Assembly (NCBI GenBank): GCA_003971905.1
Contig: RSEE01000116.1
Span: 1 to 64,000 of the forward strand
Direction of reading: 5' to 3'
DNA from: Moniliella sp. 'wahieum'
Lineage: Eukaryota
Length of the DNA stretch: 64,000 nt
Shown here piece after piece: positions 13,445 to 24,200 of this stretch (its first letter is position 1; each line of letters starts with the position of its first letter). The translations under genes and the position numbers were made by a program. The notes below the pieces were generated by a model, which saw nothing but the letters and a program-made list of their open reading frames with translations, searched no databases and was not told the origin of the DNA.

Positions 13445-15477
13445 TGTTCAAATCCCACCTGCGTCGATGCTCGATGCGGCCTCCTCCGCAGCCAGCGACG
13501 CGCCAGTGTCTGTTCTGGGCTCCGGCACAGGCCCATGTCGGCTGGCAACCCTACCGCCTGCGCCTCTCTCAGGGGGGGGCGATATATGTTCGTCCAACAC
13601 CACACCCTCCTCTCCATCCATTCCCCGCCCATGTCCTTCCCGAGCCGTTTGCTGCTGCGCCCCACCGCCTTCCCGAGCCCCCGCTGCCGGAAGCCCACCG
13701 ACCCACCGAGACCGCGGGCTGGCCACATGTCGCAGCCGGCGCGGTCGCCGGCGAGGTCGCCACAAGCTCACAGCCTCCGCTGGCGACGCAGGCGGAGGTG
13801 GTGGTGGTGGCGGTGGTGGGCATGGTCGTCATGGCTGCTGGAGGCGCAATGGTCGCCCAGGGCGCAGATGCTCTATGCACACCTCACTCCCGACCACAAG
13901 CATGCGCTCGGCTCCTTTGCCACCACGCGTCGGCCCATGTCCTCCATCAACCCTCCCACGGCCAATTAGTCTCCGCCCCTGCCTTCGCGCTGCACCACCA
14001 CCACCACCAACACCAACACCAGCACCCCAGGAGCACCACCACCACCAGCACCCCAACTCGTCCCTCACCCACGACCAACACCCTTACCTCCCCCAGCCAA
14101 GACGAGCACAGCACCAGCACCTCCCCTTCTCCTCCCCACAGCCACCTCCCCCCACCAACAGGACCCCCTCCAGCTTCTGCCCCCCCTTCCCACCCCGCCC
14201 ACCACACAACACCAATCAACCCCACCAACACCATCCTTGCCCCGCTTGGCTCCCTCAGCATGGCCCCCACCATGCCACTCACCATACCACCCCACCATCC
14301 CACCACCATCTCACCCACCATGTCATGTTCCATCAGCACCAGCACGCCACCCACCATGCTACCCATTTACCTTCCAGCGCCTACTCATCCCACCCCCATC
14401 CTACCCACATGTCTTCCTACCCCCCCGCCAGCCCCTACCCTCCCCATCCCACTTCCTCTTCCTCTTCCTCCGCTCCCTTCCACCCTCTTCCGTCTGGCAC
14501 ATCCCACTCCGCCACCTACCCTCCTCTTTCTCCCCACGCTTCCCACCATTCCCATCCGTCTCATCCTTCCCATCCGTCTTCCCCCTGTCCACATTCTCCT
14601 CCTCACCCGTCACCTCAGCCGCACCATGGAGTCCGCATCTGTTTCCTCTCTCGTCCTCTACCGCGCCTACCACCACCACCACCATCAGCGGTTCCTCCTC
14701 CACCACCCTGCCTGTCTCAACCGGCCCGTCTCCTTCGCCTGGCCACGGTCTGGGCCCAACTCCAGGTCCAGTCCAGGTCTAGGTCATGGTCCTGGTCCAG
14801 CGTCAGGTCTAGGCCACGGTCCTGGTCCAGCGTCAGGTCTAGGCCATGGTCCAAGCCCAGGCTCCCATCAAGCACCTGCGTTGGTCCCCCATGCGCCCTC
14901 TACAACCACAACCTCAACTACCACAACCTCTACCACTACCACTACCACAACGTTCGATAGCAGCCAGTACGGCAACGTTGGCTTTGGTGGCACAGCAGCC
15001 GGTGGCCCAGCAGGTGGTGGTGGGACCGGTACTGGTATAGGTCCAGGTCCAGGTCCAGGTCCAGGTCTAGGTCAAGGATTAGGCGGCCGGGTCATGGTCA
15101 AGCTCCAGCTCCAGCTCTAGGTCATGGTCCAGGTCCCGGTCAAGGTCCAGGTCTAGGCCATGGTCTGGTCCTGGCGCCCAAGCACCTACGTTGGTCCCCA
15201 TTTGCCATCCACAACCACAACCTCAACTACCACTACCACCACCACAAGCACTACCACAACGTTCGATAGCAGCCAGTACGGTAACGTTGGTTTTGGTGGC
15301 ACAGCAGGTGGTGGTGGTACCGTTGGTGGTGGTACCACCTCTTACTCCACCGCCACTTCCCCCAACCCAATCCCAATCCCATCCCAATCCCCATCTCAAT
15401 CCCAATGCCAGTCCCAATCCCAAGCCCAATCTCAATGCCAGCACAGCAACCCCGGCGGGGGGGGGGCATATGCTTGA
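13445..15477 (+). CDS. Possible low-complexity (Pro/His/Thr/Gly-rich) hypothetical protein
   Basis: Long open frames, divergent from the FUSC gene. A duplicated segment encodes TTTTFDSSQYGNVGFGGTA twice with synonymous differences (GGC/GGT). No recognisable domain. Confidence 0.3.
14770..15320 (+). repeat. ~310-bp imperfect tandem duplication plus GGTCCA/GGTCTA hexamer arrays
   Basis: Block agcacct..gttggtcccc..caaccacaacctcaactacc..acgttcgatagcagccagtacgg..ggtggcacagcag occurs at ~14871-14998 and ~15181-15307. Confidence 0.85.
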
Positions 15478-15601
15478 TTCTTTTGATTCTTGATTCTTGA
15501 TTCTTGATCTTGATTCTTGATTCTTGATTCTTGATTCTTGATTCTTGATTCTTGATTCTTGATTCTTGATTCTTGATTCTGATTCTTGATTCTTGATTCT
15601 T
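15476..15601. repeat. (TTCTTGA)n heptamer satellite
   Basis: About 17 tandem copies, a few truncated. Confidence 0.95.
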
Positions 15602-15618
15602 GTTTTCCCCTTCCCCCC

Positions 15619-15704
15619 GTCCGATTTTGGTTCCGTCCGATTCTGGTTCTGTCCGATTCTGGGTCCGTCCGATTTTGTGGTTCCGTCCGATTCTGGCACC
15701 GTCC
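15619..15704. repeat. ~16-bp minisatellite, GTCCGATTYTGG core, 5 copies
   Basis: gtccgattttggttcc gtccgattctggttct gtccgattctgggtcc gtccgattttgtggttcc gtccgattctggcacc gtcc. Confidence 0.9.
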
Positions 15705-18061
15705 AGTTGCGGTATACTTCGGGTGGTGCACAAGGTACAAAAGGTCCAAGGTACTAGGAGCGAGGTGCAGGTACCCCAGATGCGAGGTACGGGTTCTCAC
15801 GCGGACTGAGGTCGTCGGTTCTACCTGCTGTTGATGTACTGTTGTGGACGCATGTGGCTCGATCGGGGTTCTCCTCGGTTCTTTTGCTTGCTCCGTTGTT
15901 CAATCGCTTTCTTTGTTTCCCACATTGAATCTTTTTATTGGCTGGTTAGTACCCTCACTAGTTACCCCTACTTCTAGGAAGGCTTTTGGTTGTGGTTCTA
16001 GTCGGTGCTTGGCTTACTTGCGCCTGAACGTGAAGTAAAGGAGTGTTCCCCCTTTTATTCTTTTTCTTGACCTGCCTTTCCGAGCTTGTTGTGCCGATCG
16101 TGTGGCGGCGCTGTACACAACAACACAACGAGAATGATGCTACCCGACTGTTGTTGCTCGTACCTTTCCGGATGTCTGTTTTGGTTGGGGATGTGGGAGT
16201 TAGGGCGATAGAAACTCTCCCTCATCGTGGGGTACTGCTGAGGAGGGTTATATGACTTGGCCGCGTGAGAGAGGCTGGTCAGCATGTTACTATAGTAGGT
16301 CACAGCGTAACGTACTGCCCCATGGAGTACAGGCTGCACACGGGTAACGTCGTCCCGAGATACTTTTGTTGTGATTTGGTGGAATCCGTTCTCTTATGCT
16401 TTTAGGTGGGTTGTTCCAGCATCCCAGCCGTCGGAGAAGCAAAAGCGCACACAGGAGATGTGGAATGTGATGTGATGGGATGGGATGGAGATGCGGCAGT
16501 GTCAGGACAATGGTACACAGTAGCGAGACGCTACGCACTTGTTCCCCCCTCATGTCTCTTATTGCTCCATCCTGGTGCAGAAGGGAAGTTAAAAAGGGAC
16601 AACTAAGCAGCACTCGTCCCATCCCTTGGGTTACATTGCGTCCGACGGCGCGGGAAAACCGGAGAGTGAGGAGCCTTTTAGTGATGCGCATCACCCCTAT
16701 GCACTGGCCGCACCAAACGTCCCATCCCCCCCTCTCCGAGACTCCTCACACCCATACCCACATCCACATCCACATCCACATTCCCATCATCCCGACGCAC
16801 CTTGTACGTGGAAAACTGCGACTATCGCCGCGCGCATACGCAGGATCACAATGGTGGTCACTTGGGGCACTGTGGTTGAGAGTGGTCACCATGTCGTTGA
16901 GGCTGGGAACAGGCTTGGTGGGTTAGGTGGGTTCCTCATGTTCCACTCCAACAAACGGAGTTCAAAAAAAGGAGGAGCCAGCTTTGTCGTGGGTCACTCG
17001 ACCACCTTGAGGTCCGGGTGAGGAGAGACCAAGGAAGCGCGTAGACCACCATGGCAGGCTCGCCCGCCCGTTTTCCTCGTGACACAGTCTGTATCCATTT
17101 CGTTGTCTTGTTGGCTAATCTGATCCCTGCAAAGCAAATGAGGGCTTCAATTCGTTTGGGTTGGGTCTCTCCATGCTATCACCATTGCGATACGATGGTA
17201 GTGGTATAGGTGGTGGTGGAGTTGGTATATACGGTTGTCATGGCTGCTGCTGGTGTGGCTGTGTTGCTGTAAGCCAATATGATGGGGAGGTGGCATTCAT
17301 CGTATGACCCCCCCCCCCTATCACCCGCCCGCTCTCTATTGTCAGTTTGCTTTGCTTTGCTTTGTTTTGGACTGCACAGGGATCGCACTCTCGGTGAACA
17401 GCGGGGGCATCTTTCTATACTAAGCCCCTCATTTTACTATGGACCCGCTCATCTCCACATTCGGGCTTGCACGTGTTTCGCACGTCTTAACGCCATTTTG
17501 CCTGTGTGCCCCCCCAGGCCACAGTGAGCCGTTCCGATCTCATTTTTGGTTGTTATCAAGGAATGGTCACAAGGAAAAAATCTTGCGATGTAACTTGACC
17601 AGTGGGATCCCGTCCTTCTGCACATCGCACTTACGTCGGAGGCACTCACCCTATTGTTCTCTTTTCACCACCATACACCTCCGTCCTATCTTGTATCCCT
17701 CTAGGCCACAAACCAACCCCGCGGGAATCCCACAGATACGACCTACAGTGCGATGGAAATAACAACCGATGGTTGAAGAAGCCGGTCCGAACCGACAGGT
17801 GAGACAGGACCCACACACACTTGATGGCGCCCAAATGTGACCAAACGGGATCAAAGTCATGGAGTCCCAAGCCCCCCCTTCAACACGGAAAAGAAACGAT
17901 ATGCGGGCGGATGAAAACAAGAGGGGAATGGAAGATGGGAGGGGGGTGAAATTATGGACGGATAGCTTACTTCTTTGGCGAACGAGGTCGGAAGTTGGAT
18001 TCTTTGGAATGCACACATCTGCACGACTGTCTATCTATTTGATTTCGAAGGCTTATCGTAA

Positions 18062-18157
18062 GCTTCAATGGGTTAGTGGTTATACTACATCGTTGCCAGA
18101 CTGGCCTCGTGCCTGTGAGACGTCGATGTGACAGGGGTTCGATTCCCCTTTGAAGCA
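18062..18157 (+). tRNA. tRNA-Gly(GCC) with 24-nt intron (18099-18122)
   Basis: Acceptor GCTTCAA/TTGAAGC plus discriminator A. D-loop AGTGG. Anticodon stem CATCG/CGATG with loop TT-GCC-A|intron|T. T arm AGGGG-TTCGATT-CCCCT. Followed by a T6 Pol III terminator. Confidence 0.93.
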
Positions 18158-18159
18158 TC

Positions 18160-18165
18160 TTTTTT
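18160..18165 (+). terminator. RNA polymerase III oligo-T terminator of the tRNA gene
   Basis: TTTTTT starts 3 nt after the discriminator base. Confidence 0.8.
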
Positions 18166-18239
18166 CCTCTTTTCGGAAATCTTAACCCTTCTCTTCATGC
18201 CTCATCATTCGAGACGCAGCAGGATGCTTCTTTCCCCAC

Positions 18240-18380
18240 CCACACCTTCCGCATGTTGTCGTGAGTAGGACATGTCCATACAAGCCTGGCCAGAGGCATT
18301 GTGTGCACTTGGACTGCCACAGGCCCCTTTGGAGGCCTTTGACCGTGAAGTGGAGGCGGCTGCACTGCGTGTCACAGGCT
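18240..18380 (-). mobile_element. Degenerate Ty3/gypsy integrase zinc-finger-like fragment
   Basis: Minus-strand LHF...LWPGLYGHVLLTTTCGRCG resembles the H..H....WP.L...V.....C..C integrase N-terminal motif. Confidence 0.4.
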
Positions 18381-18539
18381 GCCTTAAGTAGCACGGCTGG
18401 GGCCGCAGTAGAGTGTCTGAAGCCTTCGGGGGTTAGGGAAGCGGAAGTAGGCAGCGGGGACAAACTGTGCAGAGCTGGGACTGGATTGAAATTGGGGGGC
18501 GGCGTGGCTGGAAACGGGATCAGATGCGGTGGACGTCGG

Positions 18540-18700
18540 CGTGGCACTCTGGGATGCACACTGCGCGAACTGATAGGTTGGACTGAGGGACGGAGAGCTT
18601 GAAGCAGGTATTAGGTCGGGAAGGGGGGGGAGCAACTAAAGGAGTTGCCTATACTGGGTTTGATCAAATTGGCGAGGAGAGTCGGGGGGCTCCAATTGAC
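18540..18700 (-). mobile_element. Degenerate Ty1/copia reverse transcriptase fragment
   Basis: FDQTQYRQLL*, then after a frameshift SRPNTCFKLSV, matching the copia YRQL.GSL.YL..TRPDI.FA.S.L segment. Confidence 0.5.
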
Positions 18701-19499
18701 GGTGGGGGAAACCCACGAACCACAGCGATAACAGACAGGGACTAATAGAGAAACAACACCATGGGGGCAGAACAACGAGGGACATGTTTAAAACAGGTGT
18801 GACGGTTGCAACAGGCGTAAGGGGGAAAGGTAAGGAAAACGCGCACGGTGCGAGGATACTGAAGACAATTCGGTCACTTCTCGGCGGAAAGTGACGATTG
18901 TCGCACGGATACGTAGAACTGGGGAGATGTTGCACTGAGGCTCGGCAGTTGCGATTGGGGACTGAGTTCAATCTAGCATATGCTCTATTGTTGGGCCGAG
19001 CAAACGGGCCCCTAGCAGAAAATTGGATCAGACCGAATCTGACCTCATCACCGGCCTGTGGACGGGGTTAGGAAGGCGAAGGGGCCGCGTAGGCTCACCA
19101 TGCTTTTGACAACCGTCTTCGCCCGTGTGACATGAGCCCACAGAGTACCGTCAGACATACGAGGATCGTGTAACCGAGGGGAGCTTGAGTAAACGATCGA
19201 AAAAGTGACCGCGAGATTCAAAAAGTTCACTGAGGCTCCTTGACGTGTGAACATCGCAGGCGGCGGGATGGATCAATGCCTGGAATTATAGATTTCTGCT
19301 CTATCGGCACGACTGGCTTGATCGATATGATCTCCCCCCCAATGGCATTATGCTGTTGGTGCCTATGCTCGCTGAGAAACTCTTGCTTCCCATGTACATG
19401 ATTCCGTGAAATCCTACTGTGGATATATTAGCCACGGTAATATATGACTGGGGTCCGCAGTGGTGAAAAGCCAGAAATCCCGGGGCAGAGCTCCAAACA

Positions 19500-21230
19500 C
19501 GTTCCTTTCTGTTGTTGAGGTATAAATGCCAGCGAGGAGCTCAGCGACCTAAAAATGGAAGGATGGAGATTAAATGGTGCGGACGACAATGATGAACCGA
19601 CAGTATGAAGTGTTGGCAATGCATGACACTTGATGTTAATTTTACTCGGCGGAGGCGATGGAAGTGACCTGTGCCATAGTGTGCACAAGTGAACCTGAAC
19701 TACGGCAGCTTTAACACAAGAAGTAGGGCGAAGCGTAGGAACTTGGCTACTGCATTCGAAGACTAGTGGGGAGTGCCACAACTGAAGCGCGATTCCTCGA
19801 AAGTGTGAATGACGAAACCAAAAAGTCAACTTCCGACCTTTCCCAACCCATTTCCCGTTCACCATAGTAGATCCACCTTCAAGAGGGCCAACATCATCCA
19901 GAGGCGGGCAACGCTCAGAACAGCTATTTGAATGATAAGGTGCGTTGAGCCAAACCGCTAAACCATCATCTACTAACAAATAAAACATCGTTCATATCCC
20001 GGAGAGCCTGCACCACATCCGCGCAGGGCTAAACGATCCAGAGGCTGGTAACGCTCAGAAAGCTATTTGAATGAGGTGCGTTACCCCAAACCCTAAACAC
20101 CTACTAATAAATAACACGGCGTCCAGTTGCCAGAGCATGCACCGTATCGATCGAGGCAACGGAACACAATTGCTGCCTTTCAGGTGATTCGGTGCGTCAT
20201 AGGTTTCCAGTTTTACTTTCGCAGCCTCTCTCAACCAAGAGCTCACTGGCGCCAAGCTGGTACGTACGGGCCCCGCCTCTTCACGCGTTTTGCTCTCCTC
20301 GCAATATGGCCACAATAACTTTACTTCACCCGTTCTCATGAAAAGCGCTCTGTGCTATATCGCACCGAACGACATTGACTTCCAGAGAGGGAAATGGTAT
20401 ATACGCGTCTTACAACCTATCACAGCTTCCCTGATCCATCTGCCCGGTGCACCGTCTTGCTCAACCGGAGTCTGAACAACAGCAACCGCTTGCAGTGACA
20501 TTTTCAGTGCCATCACTGTCTCTTTTCCGATCATAAGTACGTCGCCACCCCGTTGTCTCCACCAGGTCATCTGACTTGTTTCACTCATCGCCCCGCAAGC
20601 TATCTACTGGGCTGGATGAGTGCATGCGAGAATTTCGAGGCCATTGCGGACACGCATCTTCCGCAAGGTAACCCTGAAAATTGTATCGCCTGGCATGCGA
20701 CCCGTGTTCAATTCACTCCCCACCGTCACATCGCAGTAAACTCGGGCACAATAACAGACGAGGAGGATGCACGGGACATCGAAGGCACTCCAGTCAACCT
20801 CTTTGGCGCAGAGAGCACAGTTGGCGAAGATGACGACCGCACAGACGTCTCTGAGACTGAAGAGTGATTTGGGGGCTATACATTCCAAAGACCTCTCCAT
20901 GGCAAGCCCCCAAGTCCACATTGACCATTGCAATGCACAAAAGTACCCTCGAAGACGATTGCGCTGCATTCGATGGTGCTGATATGAGTAGTAGTATATA
21001 AAACGTAATACCAATAGTAATCCAGGGAGAGCAAGCATAGGAGGATCAGATTCGTCAGATACGTCGCCAAGGGCACGTCAACGACGTTTCCAACGTTCAA
21101 GGGCGTGACGTAGGCGACATATCTGACGTTCAAGGGGGGTGACATCAAGGCCATATCTGACGTTCAGGGTGGTAACATCGACGACGTCACTGACCTGCAA
21201 CGCGCTGACAGAATTGCCTCACCCACGGTA
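19500..21230 (+). pseudogene. Cryptic spliced gene or pseudogene with a duplicated exon-intron unit and an 11-aa repeat
   Basis: GTGCGT donors near 19940, 20076 and 20192, CTACTAA branch points, and synonymous differences between duplicated exons (PEAGNAQ) and between the 33-nt repeats at 21068-21200. Boundaries and whether this is one gene are uncertain. Confidence 0.4.
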
Positions 21231-24200
21231 AATTACTCCTCTGACATTTTTGAAGGTATTTTATATCTTAAACCTAAATGATGTCTTTTCGTGATCCGCT
21301 GTATAAGGTTAGTGGGGGTAAACACTTTGGCGCAGGTTCATTTGGAAAAGTCTGAGGGGGCCCTATGTCGATGGAAGGTAAAGTCGTTGCTGTCAACGAA
21401 CAATCGAATCCATAAACTATGGAATCACTTAAAATTACGGACACTCAACTGCTCTATGAATGTACCCCCCAGTTCGAACAGAAACTAACTTCTACCCATC
21501 TCCTACCTTCGTACTCCTCCTTTCCGGATTCTTGATGCGAACGACTCATCTACTCTTTCCGGTACCATTGCCGAGCTGCGACCACGATGCACAAAAACTG
21601 GGCAGATAAGACGGAGTCCTCGGTGTATAGCCTATTCTCAATCGGAGTAATTATTATCCGTGGCATCAATTAGTCCATTGGGGTGCAGCGCGGAGTCTTG
21701 GCATTAATGTTGATGTAATGGCAATAACACCAGCTCTCTAGCGGTGACTTTGTTATTCTGTGGAAGAAGAAAGCGTTGCATTCACAGGTCTGGACGGTAG
21801 GTAGAGCCTCGTTTGGCCAAAGGAAGAAATTATCTATACATTAACCTGACTTTCACACCCAAAAATTGCTCGAAGTCCCTGACCCTTATCCAGGCAAGTG
21901 AGCTCAGAATGCCCAGCCAGCGCACGAAACGAATCCACGCAGATAAACTACTCTCATCGCGTCTAAGTTCATTCGAGCACACAAAATCTATGTGAACAAT
22001 TTACTCGGTAGTATTTGATCCAGCTCGCACTTTCTCATAAAAATGTCGAACCTCCATGCGAACGTGGCATCCATTCGCAATGGTCATAACGGGGCAGTTG
22101 CCTTATGTTAGCAATACGGGCCGTGACGGCGGCGAGACGGAGTCATAGTGGCAAAACGAACACCTGAACTTCGCTGTCATTTTGGATTGTATAGACATTG
22201 GGATAGGAATAGCTTGGCCGTTAACTCCACCAAAGCCAGTCAAATTAGTTGATGGTAATTTCAGCTGGAAAGGGTATGATCCCTATTATTTTGATACCAC
22301 CAGTTCCCCAACTCGTTTAAATAACTGATGTTACCCAACGTCATTCTTCCGGCCTATCGGGAAGGGCAATATAAGGAGTGAAAATGCGTATTTCCACGCT
22401 ACTCGGAAAGAGGGACCAACGCCAGTGCGGCTCTCTCTGGCGATGGGTCAATGTTGAATTATTTTAAACTCCATTACAGTGCCATGTGCACCAAGCCTGG
22501 TGAGCACCCAAAAAAACGACCTGACATCGGCTGATATGGACTACCACTTGAGCAATGTGTATGTCAGAGAGATGTCAGAGAGACAGACAATTGAACTCTT
22601 GGTTCATTGTCTTCCATGCAACGATTCTCCGATATTACTCGCAAAGTGAGTGCCGATATGTCAGGCTTCCAAAGCCGACCCATGCACCCGCAATCAATTT
22701 TGAGTTGCCAGACAATCAATGAGCATAGCCTTGGATTAACTTCACACAACTGAAATTAAAAATGGGTTACCTCTGAGATACCAAAGATGCAGTGACCCGC
22801 TGGAGTAATTCAGACTCAAGTGGACGGGGGAGGTAAGAATTCCAACGCTCAGGTCGCCGCCTGATGGAACATTCCGTACAGAGAATCGAAATATATGTAT
22901 GCAGGAAAATATTGAGAAATCAATGATGGGGGGAGTTCATCAAGCGATACAAACACATGTGCATTTCCTGTACAAGGGATGTATGTTGACTTCCGTCCTA
23001 AGACCGCACGGGAACTGGTCACCTGAGTCAGTTTTCATTCTTCCGAGGTCGCACCAATGTTCTGGACAAATCAGTCGCAGAAACTCCTTAGTCCAAGACG
23101 ACGTTCAGTGCTCTCATCCTGTGGTAGTAGCTAGGCCGTTAATGTAAACATCTCCAGTGTGAAACAAGTATTATTAGGTTTAACTTTCCGCTTCCCCTGA
23201 AAAAGACATGTCTGGCTTTGTATGGCACATGCAAGTAAAAAGACACATACGAGGTGTTATTTAAATCCTCTTCTACACAAAAAGCCAATCGTGTCATTCG
23301 ATTGAATGAGCGTAATGCTCTCGGTAAGGATGGAAATGATGGTACATAACGCTTCCGTGTGCAGGGGTATTCTATTTCGGGCTAAACTATCCGGATTTTC
23401 TTCCGGCAGCATTGGTTCATCGAGGGTGGATGTGGTGACTATGGGAAGTTGTCGCGTTAAGCATTGAGACACCCGATGAACCGTCATACATGCATGTGAA
23501 TGCGTTGTGCTGCTACCGTACGACTCTGAGAAATTAAGGCAGTCTTCAACAATGAGCAGGATGACCAGGAAAGCCAGACGGCAAGCTGCGGGATGGCTGG
23601 ACTCCGGACTGTGACCCAACTAATAGTGATAGGGGTGCTTTTCCATCGAGAAAGACAGATGCCCTCAAAAGAGTGGATCGAGCCACTGGCGCTACCGGTA
23701 TAGTACCCGAACAGTCGGAGCTAGCGACAAGGTCCTCAGACCTCAGAATTGGTGCGCGGGCACCCGGGGGTAGGGTGTGTATACACCAGGATGCGGGCAC
23801 TGCGGGTGTGTGTAATTGTGTCTTATGACCCTAGAGGGTCGGCCGGAAGGGTGACGCAGGCAACGGCAGAGTAGTATTGTGCAGCCAACTGAGGTTGGAG
23901 ATGGTAAGGTCATAACAACCCTTTTGTTGCGTAGCATTTACGCCGAATAGGTACACAGATGGGAAGCTGGAATTCGACGGCTACAAATGCGCGACCGAAT
24001 AGATGCGGTCGATGAGGCGCGGGACAACGTGGGTAACCGCTGAAGTTGCCTAGTGGGGCAGGGATGGATTAGGACCGGAAATGGCTGTTGATCCACCGTG
24101 ATGTAGACGAAATATGAACACAAAAGGACTCGCTAGGGCGGAAGGAACATGAAGATAAAATGCTATACAGGCATGATCATGTACGACGATTCGAAAACGC

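Noticed and set aside
15619..15704. 16-bp repeats as a CRISPR-like array
   Set aside because: Units are contiguous with no unique spacers, the context is eukaryotic and there are no cas genes.
19520..19940. Frame with repeated in-frame TGA suggesting stop-codon recoding or a mitovirus/NUMT insert
   Set aside because: The read-through peptide resembles nothing, other frames explain the region through splicing, and several ordinary genes here end in TGA.
21552..21572. GNGTGKS on the minus strand as the P-loop of an NLR partner
   Set aside because: Spacing does not fit GxxxxGKS, a stop follows two codons later, and there is no NACHT context.
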